A stretch of DNA of 64,000 nucleotides from Eledone cirrhosa. Taxonomy: Eukaryota. Location: assembly GCA_964016885.1 (NCBI GenBank), contig OZ024743.1:21514001-21578000 (forward strand), read 5' to 3'. Shown piece after piece: positions 52,401 to 64,000 of the stretch (position 1 is the first letter of the stretch; the number at the start of each line of letters is the position of its first letter). The position numbers and the translations under genes are program-made. The notes beneath the pieces were generated by a model that made no database searches, had not been told where the DNA came from, and saw nothing but the letters and a program-made list of their open reading frames with translations.

Positions 52401-55400
52401 TATGATAGCTGGATTATTAAACCATTTATATATAATAGTAAAAATAGAGTGCTGGGCAGAGGTGAGAACACCGTGGTAGCTGGATTATTAAACCATTTAT
52501 ATATAATAGTAAAAATACAGTGCTGGGCAGAGGTGAGAACACTGTGGTAGCTGGATTATTAAACCATTTATATATAATAGTAAAAATAGAGTGCTGGGTA
52601 GAGGTGAGAACACTATGGTAGCTGGATCATTAAACCATTTATATATAATAGTAAAAATAGAGTGTTGGGCAGAGGTAAGAACACTGTGGTAGCTGGATTA
52701 TTAAACCATTTATATATAATAGTAAAAATACAGTGCTGGGCAGAGGTGAGAACACTATGGTAGCTGGATTATTAAACCATTTATATATAATAGTAAAAAT
52801 ACAGTGCTGGGCAGAGGTGAGAACACTGTGGTAGCTGGATTATTAAACCATTTATATATAATAGTAAAAATACAGTGCTGGGCAGAGGTGAGAACACTAT
52901 GGTAGCTGGATTATTAAACCATTTATATATAATAGTAAAAATAGAGTGCTGGGCAGAGGTGAGAACATTATCGTAGCTGGATTATTAAACCATTTATATA
53001 TAATAGTAAAAATAGAGTGCTGGGCAGAGGTGAGAACACTATGGTAGCTGGATTATTAAACCATTTATATATAATAGTAAAAATAGAGTGCTGGGCAGAG
53101 GTGAGAACACTGTGGTAGCTGCATTATTAAACCACTTATATATAATAGTAAAAATACAGTGCTGGGCAGAGGTGAGAACACTATGGTAGCTGGATTATTA
53201 AACCATTTATATATAATAGTAAAAATAGAGTGCTGGGCAGAGGTGAGAACACTATGGTAGCTGGATTATTATACCATTTATATATAATAGTAAAAATAGA
53301 GTGCTGGGCAGAGGTGAGAACGCTATGGAAGCAGGATTATTAAACCATTTATATATAATAGTAAAAATACAGTGCTAGGCAGAGGTGAGAACACTATGGT
53401 AGCAGGATTATTAAACCATTTATATATAATAGTAAAAATAGAGTGCTGGGCAGAGGTGAGAACACTATGGTAGCAGGATTATTAAACCATTTATATATAA
53501 TAGTAAAAATAGAGTGCTGGGCAGAGGTGAGAACACTATGGTAGCAGGATTATTAAACCATTTATATATAATAGTAAAAATACAGTGCTGGGCAGAGGTG
53601 AGAACACTATGGTAGCTGGATTATTAAACCATTTATATATAATAGTAAAAATACAGTGCTGGGCAGAGTTGAGAACACTATGGTAGCCGGATTATTAAAC
53701 CATTTATATATAATAGTAAAAATACAGTGCTGGGCAAAGGTGAGACACTATGATAGCTGGATTATTAAACCATTTATATATAATAGTAAAAATAGAGTGC
53801 TGGGCAGAGGTGAGAACACTATGGTAGCAGGATTATTAAACCATTTATATATAATAGTAAAAATAGAGTGCTAGGCAGAGGTGAGAACACTATGGTAGCA
53901 GGATTATTAAACCATTTATATATAATAGTAAAAATACAGTGCTGGGCAGAGGTGAGAACACTATGGTAGCTGGATTATTAAACCATTTATATATAATAGT
54001 AAAAATACAGTGCTGGGCAGAGCTGAGAACACTATGGTAGCCGGATTATTAGAACCATTTATATATAATAGTAAAAATACAGTGCTGGGCAAAGGTGAGA
54101 CACTATGATAGCTGGATTATTAAACCATTTATATATAATAGTAAAAATAGAGCGCTGGGCAGAGGTGAGAACACTATGCTAGCTGGATTATTAAACCATT
54201 TATATATAATAGTAAAAATAGAGCGCTGGGCAGAGGTGAGAACACTATGGTAGCTGGATTATTAAACCATTTATATATAATAGTAAAAATACAGTGCTGG
54301 GTAGAGGTGAGAACACTATGGTAGCTGGATTATTAAACCATTTATATATAGTAGTAAAAATACAGTGCTGGGCAGAGGTGAGAACACTATGGTAGACGGA
54401 TTATTAAACCATTTATATATAATAGTAAAAATACAGTGCTGGGCAGAGGTGAGACACTATGATAGCTGGATTATTAAACCATTTATATATACTAGTAAAA
54501 ATACAGTGCTGGGCAGAGCTGAGAACACTATGATAGCTGGATTATTAAACCATTTATATATAATAGTAAAAATACAGTGCTGGGCAAAGGTGAGACACTA
54601 TGATAGCTGGATTATTAAACCATTTATATATAATAGTAAAAATAGAGTGCTGGGCAGAGGTGAGAACACTGTGGTAGCTGGATTATTAAACCATTTATAT
54701 ATAATAGTAAAAATACAGTGCTGGGCAGAGGTGAGAACACTGTGGTAGCTGCATTATTAAACCACTTATATATAATAGTAAAAATAGAGTGCTGGGCAGA
54801 GGTGAGAACACTATGGTAGCTGGATTATTAAACCATTTATATATAATAGTAAAAATACAGTGCTGGGCAGAGGTGAGAACATTATCGTAGCTGGATTATT
54901 AAACCATTTATATATAATAGTAAAAATAGAGTGCTGGGCAGAGGTGAGAACACTGTGGTAGCTGGATTATTAAACCATTTATATATAATAGTAAAAATAC
55001 AGTGCTGGGCAGAGGTGAGAACACTATGGTAGCTGGATTATTAAACCATTTATATATAATAGTAAAAATAGAGTGCTGGGCAGAGGTGAGAACATTATCG
55101 TAGCTGGATTATTAAACCATTTATATATAATAGTAAAAATAGAGTGCTGGGCAGAGGTGAGAACACTATGGTAGCTGGATTATTATACCATTTATATATA
55201 ATAGTAAAAATAGAGTGCTGGGCAGAGGTGAGAACACTATGGTAGCTGGATTATTAAACCATTTATATATAATAGTAAAAATACAGTGCTGGGCAGAGGT
55301 GAGAACACTATGGTAGCAGGATTATTAAACCATTTATATATAATAGTAAAAATAGAGTGCTGGGCAGAGGTGAGAACACTATGGTAGCTGGATTATTAAA

Positions 55401-58400
55401 CCATTTATATATAATAGTAAAAATAGAGTGCTGGGCAGAGGTGAGAACACTATGGTAGCAGGATTATTAAACCATTTATATATAATAGTAAAAATACAGT
55501 GCTGGGCAGAGGTGAGAACACTATGGTAGCTGGATTATTAAACCATTTATATATAATAGTAAAAATACAGTGCTGGGCAGAGGTGAGAACACTATGGTAG
55601 CAGGATTATTAAACCATTTATATATAATAGTAAAAATACAGTGCTGGGCAGAGGTGAGAACACTATGGTAGCTGGATTATTAAACCATTTATATATAATA
55701 GTAAAAATACAGTGCTGGGCAGAGGTGAGAACACTATGGTAGCAGGATTATTAAACCATTTATATATAATAGTAAAAATACAGTGCTGGGCAGAGGTGAG
55801 AACACTATGGTAGCAGGATTATTAAACCATTTATATATAATAGTAAAAATACAGTGCTGGGCAGAGGTGAGAACACTATGGTAGCAGGATTATTAAACCA
55901 TTTATATATAATAGTAAAAATACAGTGCTGGGCAGAGGTGAGAACACTATGGTAGCTGGATTATTAAACCATTTATATATAATAGTAAAAATACAGTGCT
56001 GGGCAAAGGTGAGACACTATGATAGCTGGATTATTAAACCATTTATATATAATAGTAAAAATAGAGTGCTGGGCAGAGGTGAGAACATTATGGTAGCTGG
56101 ATTATTAAACCATTTATATATAATAGTAAAAATAGAGTGCTGGGCAGAGGTAAGAACACTATAGTAGCTGGATTATTAAACCACTTATATATAATAGTAA
56201 AAATACAGTGCTGGGTAGAGGTGAGAACACTATGGTAGCTGGATTATTAAACCATTTATATATAGTAGTAAAAATACAGTGCTGGGCAGGTGAGAACACT
56301 ATGGTTGCCGGATTATTAAACCATTTATATATAATAGTAAAAATACAGTGCTGGGCAAAGGTGAGACACTATGATAGCTGGATTATTAAACCATTTATAT
56401 ATAATAGTAAAAATAGAGTGCTGGGCAGAGGTGAGAACACTGTGGTAGCTGGATTATTAAACCATTTATATATAATAGTAAAAATACAGTGCTGGGTAGA
56501 GGTGAGAACACTATGGTTGCCGGATTATTAAACCATTTATATATAATAGTAAAAATACAGTGCTGGGCAAAGGTGAGACACTATGATAGCTGGATTATTA
56601 AACCATTTATATATAATAGTAAAAATAGAGTGCTGGGCAGAGGTGAGAACACTGTGGTAGCTGGATTATTAAACCATTTATATATAATAGTAAAAATACA
56701 GTGCTGGGCACAGGTGAGAACACTATAGTAGCTGGATTATTAAACCATTTATATATAATAGTAAAAATACAGTGCTGGGCAAAGGTGAGACACTATGATA
56801 GCTGGATTATTAAACCATTTATATATAATAGTAAAAATACAGTGCTGGGCAGAGGTGAGAACACTATGGTAGCTGGATTATTAAACCATTTATATATAAT
56901 AGTAAAAATAGAGTGCTGGGCAGAGGTGAGAACACTGTGGTAGCTGGATTATTAAACCATTTATATATAATAGTAAAAATACAGTGCTGGGCAGAGGTGA
57001 GAACACTATGGTAGCTGGATTATTAAACCATTTATATATAATAGTAAAAATACAGTGCTGGGCAGAGGTGAGAACACTGTGGTAGCTGGATTATTAAACC
57101 ATTTATATATAATAGTAAAAATACAGTGCTGGGCAGAGGTGAGAACACTATGGTAGCTGGATTATTAAACCATTTATATATAATAGTAAAAATAGAGTGC
57201 TGGGCAGAGGTGAGAACACTGTGGTAGCTGCATTATTAAACCACTTATATATAATAGTAAAAATAGAGTGCTGGGCAGAGGTGAGAACACTATGGTAGCT
57301 GGATTATTATACCATTTATATATAATAGTAAAAATAGAGTGCTGGGCAGAGGTGAGAACGCTATGGAAGCAGGATTATTAAACCATTTATATATAATAGT
57401 AAAAATACAGTGCTAGGCAGAGGTGAGAACACTATGGTAGCAGGATTATTAAACCATTTATATATAATAGTAAAAATAGAGTGCTGGGCAGAGGTGAGAA
57501 CACTATGGTAGCAGGATTATTAAACCATTTATATATAATAGTAAAAATAGAGTGCTGGGCAGAGGTGAGAACACTATGGTAGCAGGATTATTAAACCATT
57601 TATATATAATAGTAAAAATACAGTGCTGGGCAGAGGTGAGAACACTATGGTAGCTGGATTATTAAACCATTTATATATAATAGTAAAAATACAGTGCTGG
57701 GCAGAGTTGAGAACATTATGGTAGCCGGATTATTAAACCATTTATATATAATAGTAAAAATACAGTGCTGGGCAAAGGTGAGACACTATGATAGCTGGAT
57801 TATTAAACCATTTATATATAATAGTAAAAATAGAGTGCTGGGCAGAGGTGAGAACATTATGGTAGCTGGATTATTAAACCATTTATATATAATAGTAAAA
57901 ATAGAGTGCTGGACAGAGGTAAGAACACTATAGTAGCTGGATTATTAAACCATTTATATATAATAGTAAAAATACAGTGCTGGGTAGAGGTGAGAACACT
58001 ATGGTAGCTGGATTATTAAACCATTTATATATAGTAGTAAAAATACAGTGCTGGGCAGGTGAGAACACTATGGTAGCCGGATTATTAAACCATTTATATA
58101 TAATAGTAAAAATACAGTGCTGGGCAAAGGTGAGACACTATGATAGCTGGATTATTAAACCATTTATATATAATAGTAAAAATAGAGTGCTGGGCAGAGG
58201 TGAGAACACTGTGGTAGCTGGATTATTAAACCATTTATATATAATAGTAAAAATACAGTGCTGGGCAGAGGTGAGAACACTATGGTAGCTGGATTATTAA
58301 ACCATTTATATATAATAGTAAAAATAGAGTGCTGGGCAGAGGTGAGAACACTGTGGTAGCTGGATTATTAAACCATTTATATATAATAGTAAAAATACAG

Positions 58401-61400
58401 TGCTGGGCAGAGGTGAGAACACTATGGTAGCAGGATTATTAAACCATTTATATATAATAGTAAAAATAGAGTGCTGGGCAGAGGTGAGAGCACTATGGTA
58501 GCTGGATTATTAAACCATTTAGATATAATAGTAAAAATACAGTGCTGGGCAGAGGTGAGAACACTATGATAGCTGGATTATTAAACCACTTATATATAAT
58601 AGTAAAAATAGAGTGCTGGGCAGAGGTGAGAATACTATGGTAGCTGGATTATTAAACCATTTATATATAATAGTAAAAATAGAGTGCTGGGCAGAGGTGA
58701 GAACACTGTGGTAGCTGCATTATTAAACCACTTATATATAATAGTAAAAATAGAGTGCTGGGCAGAGGTGAGAACACTGTGGTAGCTGCATTATTAAACC
58801 ACTTATATATAATAGTAAAAATAGAGTGCTGGGCAGAGGTGAGAACACTGTGGGAGCTGCATTATTAAACCACTTATATATAATAGTAAAAATAGAGTGC
58901 TGGGCAGAGGTGAGAACACTGTGGTAGCTGGATTATTAAACCACTTATATATAATAGTAAAAATACAGTGCTGGGCAGAGGTGAGAACACTATGGTAGCT
59001 GGATTATTAAACCATTTATATATAATAGTAAAAATACAGTGCTGGGTAGAGGTGAGAACATTATCGTAGCTGGATTATTAAACCATTTATATATAATAGT
59101 AAAAATACAGTGCTGGGCAGAGCTGAGAACACTATGGTAGCCGGATTATTAGAACCATTTATATATAATAGTAAAAATAGAGCGCTGGGCAGAGGTGAGA
59201 ACACTATGGTAGCTGGATTATTAAACCATTTATATATAATAGTAAAAATACAGTGCTGGGTAGAGGTGAGAACACTATGGTAGCTGGATTATTAAACCAT
59301 TTATATATAGTAGTAAAAATACAGTGCTGGGCAGAGGTGAGAACACTATGGTAGACGGATTATTAAACCATTTATATATAATAGTAAAAATACAGTGCTG
59401 GGCAGAGGTGAGACACTATGATAGCTGGATTATTAAACCATTTATATATAATAGTAAAAATACAGTGCTGGGCAGAGCTGAGAACACTATGATAGCTGGA
59501 TTATTAAACCATTTATATATAATAGTAAAAATACAGTGCTGGGTAGAGGTGAGACACTATGATAGCTGGATTATTAAACCATTTATATATAATAGTAAAA
59601 ATACAGTGCTGGGCAAAGGTGAGACACTATGATAGCTGGATTATTAAACCATTTATATATAATAGTAAAAATAGAGTGCTGGGCAGAGGTGAGAACACTG
59701 TGGTAGCTGGATTATTAAACCATTTATATATAATAGTAAAAATACAGTGCTGGGCAGAGGTGAGAACACTGTGGTAGCTGCATTATTAAACCACTTATAT
59801 ATAATAGTAAAAATAGAGTGCTGGGCAGAGGTGAGAACACTATGGTAGCTGGATTATTAAACCATTTATATATAATAGTAAAAATACAGTGCTGGGCAGA
59901 GGTGAGAACACTATGGAAGCAGGATTATTAAACCATTTAAATATAATAGTAAAAATACAGTGCTGGGCAGAGGTGAGAACACTATGGTAGCTGGATTATT
60001 AAACCATTTATATATAATAGTAAAAATACAGTGCTGGGCAGAGGTGAGAACACTATGGTAGCTGGATTATTAAACCATTTATATATAATAGTAAAAATAG
60101 AGTGCTGGGCAGAGGTGAGAATACTATGGTAGCTGGATTATTAAACCATTTATATATAATAGTAAAAATAGAGTGCTGGGCAGAGGTGAGAACATTATGG
60201 TAGCTGGATTATTAAACCATTTATATATAATAGTAAAAATAGAGTGCTGGGCAGAGGTAAGAACACTATAGTAGCTGGATTATTAAACCATTTATATATA
60301 ATAGTAAAAATACAGTGCTGGGTAGAGGTGAGAACACTATGGTAGCAGGATTATTAAACCATTTATATATAATAGTAAAAATACAGTGCTGGGTAGAGGT
60401 GAGAACACTATGGTAGCAGGATTATTAAACCATTTATATATAATAGTAAAAATACAGTGCTGGGCAGAGGTGAGAACACTGTGGTAGCTGGATTATTAAA
60501 CCATTTATATATAATAGTAAAAATAGAGTGCTGGGCAGAGGTGAGAACACTATGGTAGCTGGATTATTATACCATTTATATATAATAGTAAAAATACAGT
60601 GCTGGGTAGAGGTGAGAACACTATGGTAGCAGGATTATTAAACCATTTATATATAATAGTAAAAATACAGTGCTGGGTAGAGGTGAGAACACTATGGTAG
60701 CAGGATTATTAAACCATTTATATATAATAGTAAAAATACAGTGCTGGGCAGAGGTGAGAACACTGTGGTAGCTGGATTATTAAACCATTTATATATAATA
60801 GTAAAAATAGAGTGCTGGGCAGAGGTGAGAACACTATGGTAGCTGGATTATTATACCATTTATATATAATAGTAAAAATAGAGTGCTGGGCAGAGGTAAG
60901 AACACTATAGTAGCTGGATTATTAAACCATTTATATATAATAGTAAAAATACAGTGCTGGGTAGAGGTGAGAACACTATGGTAGCTGGATTATTAAACCA
61001 TTTATATATAGTAGTAAAAATACAGTGCTGGGCAGGTGAGAACACTATGGTTGCCGGATTATTAAACCATTTATATATAATAGTAAAAATACAGTGCTGG
61101 GCAAAGGTGAGACACTATGATAGCTGGATTATTAAACCATTTATATATAATAGTAAAAATAGAGTGCTGGGCAGAGGTGAGAACACTGTGGTAGCTGGAT
61201 TATTAAACCATTTATATATAATAGTAAAAATACAGTGCTGGGCAGAGGTGAGAACACTATGGTAGCTGGATTATTAAACCATTTATATATAATAGTAAAA
61301 ATAGAGTGCTGGGCAGAGGTGAGAACACTGTGGTAGCTGGATTATTAAACCATTTATATATAATAGTAAAAATACAGTGCTGGGCAGAGGTGAGAACACT

Positions 61401-64000
61401 GTGGTAGCTGGATTATTAAACCATTTATATATAATAGTAAAAATACAGTGCTGGGCAGAGGTGAGAACACTATGGTAGCTGGATTATTAAACCATTTATA
61501 TATAATAGTAAAAATACAGTGCTGGGCAGAGGTGAGAACACTATCGTAGCTGGATTATTAAACCATTTATATATAATAGTAAAAATAGAGTGCTGGGCAG
61601 AGGTGAGAATACTATGGTAGCTGGATTATTAAACCATTTATATATAATAGTAAAAATACAGTGCTGGGTAGAGGTGAGAACACTATGGTAGCTGGATTAT
61701 TAAACCATTTATATATAATAGTAAAAATAGAGTGCTGGGCAGAGGTGAGAACACTATCGTAGCTGGATTATTAAACCATTTATATATAATAGTAAAAATA
61801 GAGTGCTGGGCAGAGGTGAGAACACTATGGTAGCTGGATTATTAAACCATTTATATATAATAGTAAAAATAGAGTGCTGGGCAGAGGTGAGAACACTGTG
61901 GTAGCTGCATTATTAAACCACTTATATATAATAGTAAAAATAGAGTGCTGGGCAGAGGTGAGAACGCTATGGAAGCAGGATTATTAAACCATTTATATAT
62001 AATAGTAAAAATACAGTGCTAGGCAGAGGTGAGAACACTATGGTAGCAGGATTATTAAACCATTTATATATAATAGTAAAAATAGAGTGCTGGGCAGAGG
62101 TGAGAACACTATGGTAGCAGGATTATTAAACCATTTATATATAATAGTAAAAATAGAGTGCTGGGCAGAGGTGAGAACACTATGGTAGCAGGATTATTAA
62201 ACCATTTATATATTATAGTAAAAATACAGTGCTGGGCAGAGGTGAGAACACTATGGTAGCTGGATTATTAAACCATTTATATATAATAGTAAAAATACAG
62301 TGCTGGGCAGAGTTGAGAACACTATGGTAGCCGGATTATTAAACCATTTATATATAATAGTAAAAATACAGTGCTGGGCAAAGGTGAGACACTATGATAG
62401 CTGGATTATTAAACCATTTATATATAATAGTAAAAATAGAGTGCTGGGCAGAGGTGAGAACATTATGGTAGCTGGATTATTAAACCATTTATATATAATA
62501 GTAAAAATAGAGTGCTGGACAGAGGTAAGAACACTATAGTAGCTGGATTATTAAACCATTTATATATAATAGTAAAAATACAGTGCTGGGTAGAGGTGAG
62601 AACACTATGGTAGCTGGATTATTAAACCATTTATATATAGTAGTAAAAATACAGTGCTGGGCAGGTGAGAACACTATGGTAGCCGGATTATTAAACCATT
62701 TATATATAATAGTAAAAATACAGTGCTGGGCAAAGGTGAGACACTATGATAGCTGGATTATTAAACCATTTATATATAATAGTAAAAATAGAGTGCTGGG
62801 CAGAGGTGAGAACACTGTGGTAGCTGGATTATTAAACCATTTATATATAATAGTAAAAATACAGTGCTGGGCAGAGGTGAGAACACTATGGTAGCTGGAT
62901 TATTAAACCATTTATATATAATAGTAAAAATAGAGTGCTGGGCAGAGGTGAGAACACTGTGGTAGCTGGATTATTAAACCATTTATATATAATAGTAAAA
63001 ATACAGTGCTGGGCAGAGGTGAGAACACTATGGTAGCAGGATTATTAAACCATTTATATATAATAGTAAAAATAGAGTGCTGGGCAGAGGTGAGAGCACT
63101 ATGGTAGCTGGATTATTAAACCATTTAGATATAATAGTAAAAATACAGTGCTGGGCAGAGGTGAGAACACTATGGTAGCTGGATTATTAAACCATTTATA
63201 TATAATAGTAAAAATAGAGTGCTGGGCAGAGGTGAGAATACTATGGTAGCTGGATTATTAAACCATTTATATATAATAGTAAAAATAGAGTGCTGGGCAG
63301 AGGTGAGAACACTGTGGTAGCTGGATTATTAAACCATTTATATATAATAGTAAAAATAGAGTGCTGGGCAGAGGTGAGAACACTGTGGTAGCTGCATTAT
63401 TAAACCACTTATATATAATAGTAAAAATAGAGTGCTGGGCAGAGGTGAGAACACTGTGGGAGCTGCATTATTAAACCACTTATATATAATAGTAAAAATA
63501 GAGTGCTGGGCAGAGGTGAGAACACTATGGTAGCTGGATTATTAAACCATTTATATATAATAGTAAAAATAGAGTGCTGGGCAGAGGTGAGAACACTATG
63601 GTAGCTGGATTATTAAACCATTTATATATAATAGTAAAAATAGAGTGCTGGGCAGAGGTGAGAACACTATGGAAGCAGGATTATTAAACCATTTATATAT
63701 AATAGTAAAAATACAGTGCTGGGCAGATGTGAGAACACTATGGTAGCAGGATTATTAAACCATTTATATATAATAGTAAAAATAGAGTGCTGGGCAGAGG
63801 TGAGAACACTATGGTAGCAGGATTATTAAACCATTTATATATAATAGTAAAAATAGAGTGCTGGGCAGAGGTGAGAACACTATGGTAGCAGGATTATTAA
63901 ACCATTTATATATAATAGTAAAAATACAGTGCTGGGCAGAGGTGAGAACACTATGGTAGCTGGATTATTAAACCATTTATATATAATAGTAAAAATACAG

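Larger units (their letters stand above)
1..64000 (+). repeat. 71-bp tandem satellite DNA array running off both window ends
   Basis: The unit AGTAAAAATACAGTGCTGGGCAGAGGTGAGAACACTATGGTAGCTGGATTATTAAACCATTTATATATAAT (71 nt, 24 G+C) repeats head-to-tail throughout. Most units carry a few substitutions; occasional 69-, 70- and 72-bp indel variants occur. Confidence 0.99.

Noticed and set aside
591-62894. All ORF-track entries (MLGRGENTMVAGLLNHLYII... peptides, 60-127 aa)
   Set aside because: They are translations of the 71-bp unit, which is not a multiple of 3. They extend only where SINE fragments or 1-2 bp indels skip a stop codon. Most begin at GTG, and I recognise no protein domain.
1-64000. 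TATA-box (TATATAA) and splice-donor-like (GAG|GTGAGA) motifs in every monomer
   Set aside because: These short motifs are multiplied by tandem repetition. There is no polypyrimidine acceptor, no coherent exon structure and no expression evidence.
1-64000. Telomeric repeat or rDNA/5S gene array
   Set aside because: There are no short G-rich telomere-type units and no recognisable rRNA sequence.

Overview
The whole 64 kb is one non-coding tandem satellite array, probably eukaryotic. The monomer is 71 bp (AGTAAAAATA(C/G)AGTGCTGGG(C/T)AGAGGTGAGAACACTATGGTAGCTGGATTATTAAACCATTTATATATAAT, about 34% GC), with roughly 860 copies. There are no credible genes: every ORF is a translation of the repeat. 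The array has internal structure. (1) One full-length tRNA-derived SINE lies on the minus strand at 3227-3407, with Pol III A and B boxes and a 13-16 bp target-site duplication. (2) Twenty-six promoter-less 102-103 bp fragments of the same SINE family sit at the same monomer position, all within 650-31253, and have been co-amplified with the satellite. (3) A precise 190-bp inversion occurs twice (16726-16915, 22389-22578); its ends lie in a 10-bp inverted repeat strengthened by a quasi-palindromic monomer variant. (4) Nested higher-order repeats include 142-bp dimers, 213-bp trimers, 5,663-bp and 5,595-bp tandem duplications and a ~12-kb recurrence. (5) The monomer subfamily switches sharply near 32.3 kb. 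I found no protein-coding or CRISPR-like system. Family and taxon assignments rest on recollection and need database searches.
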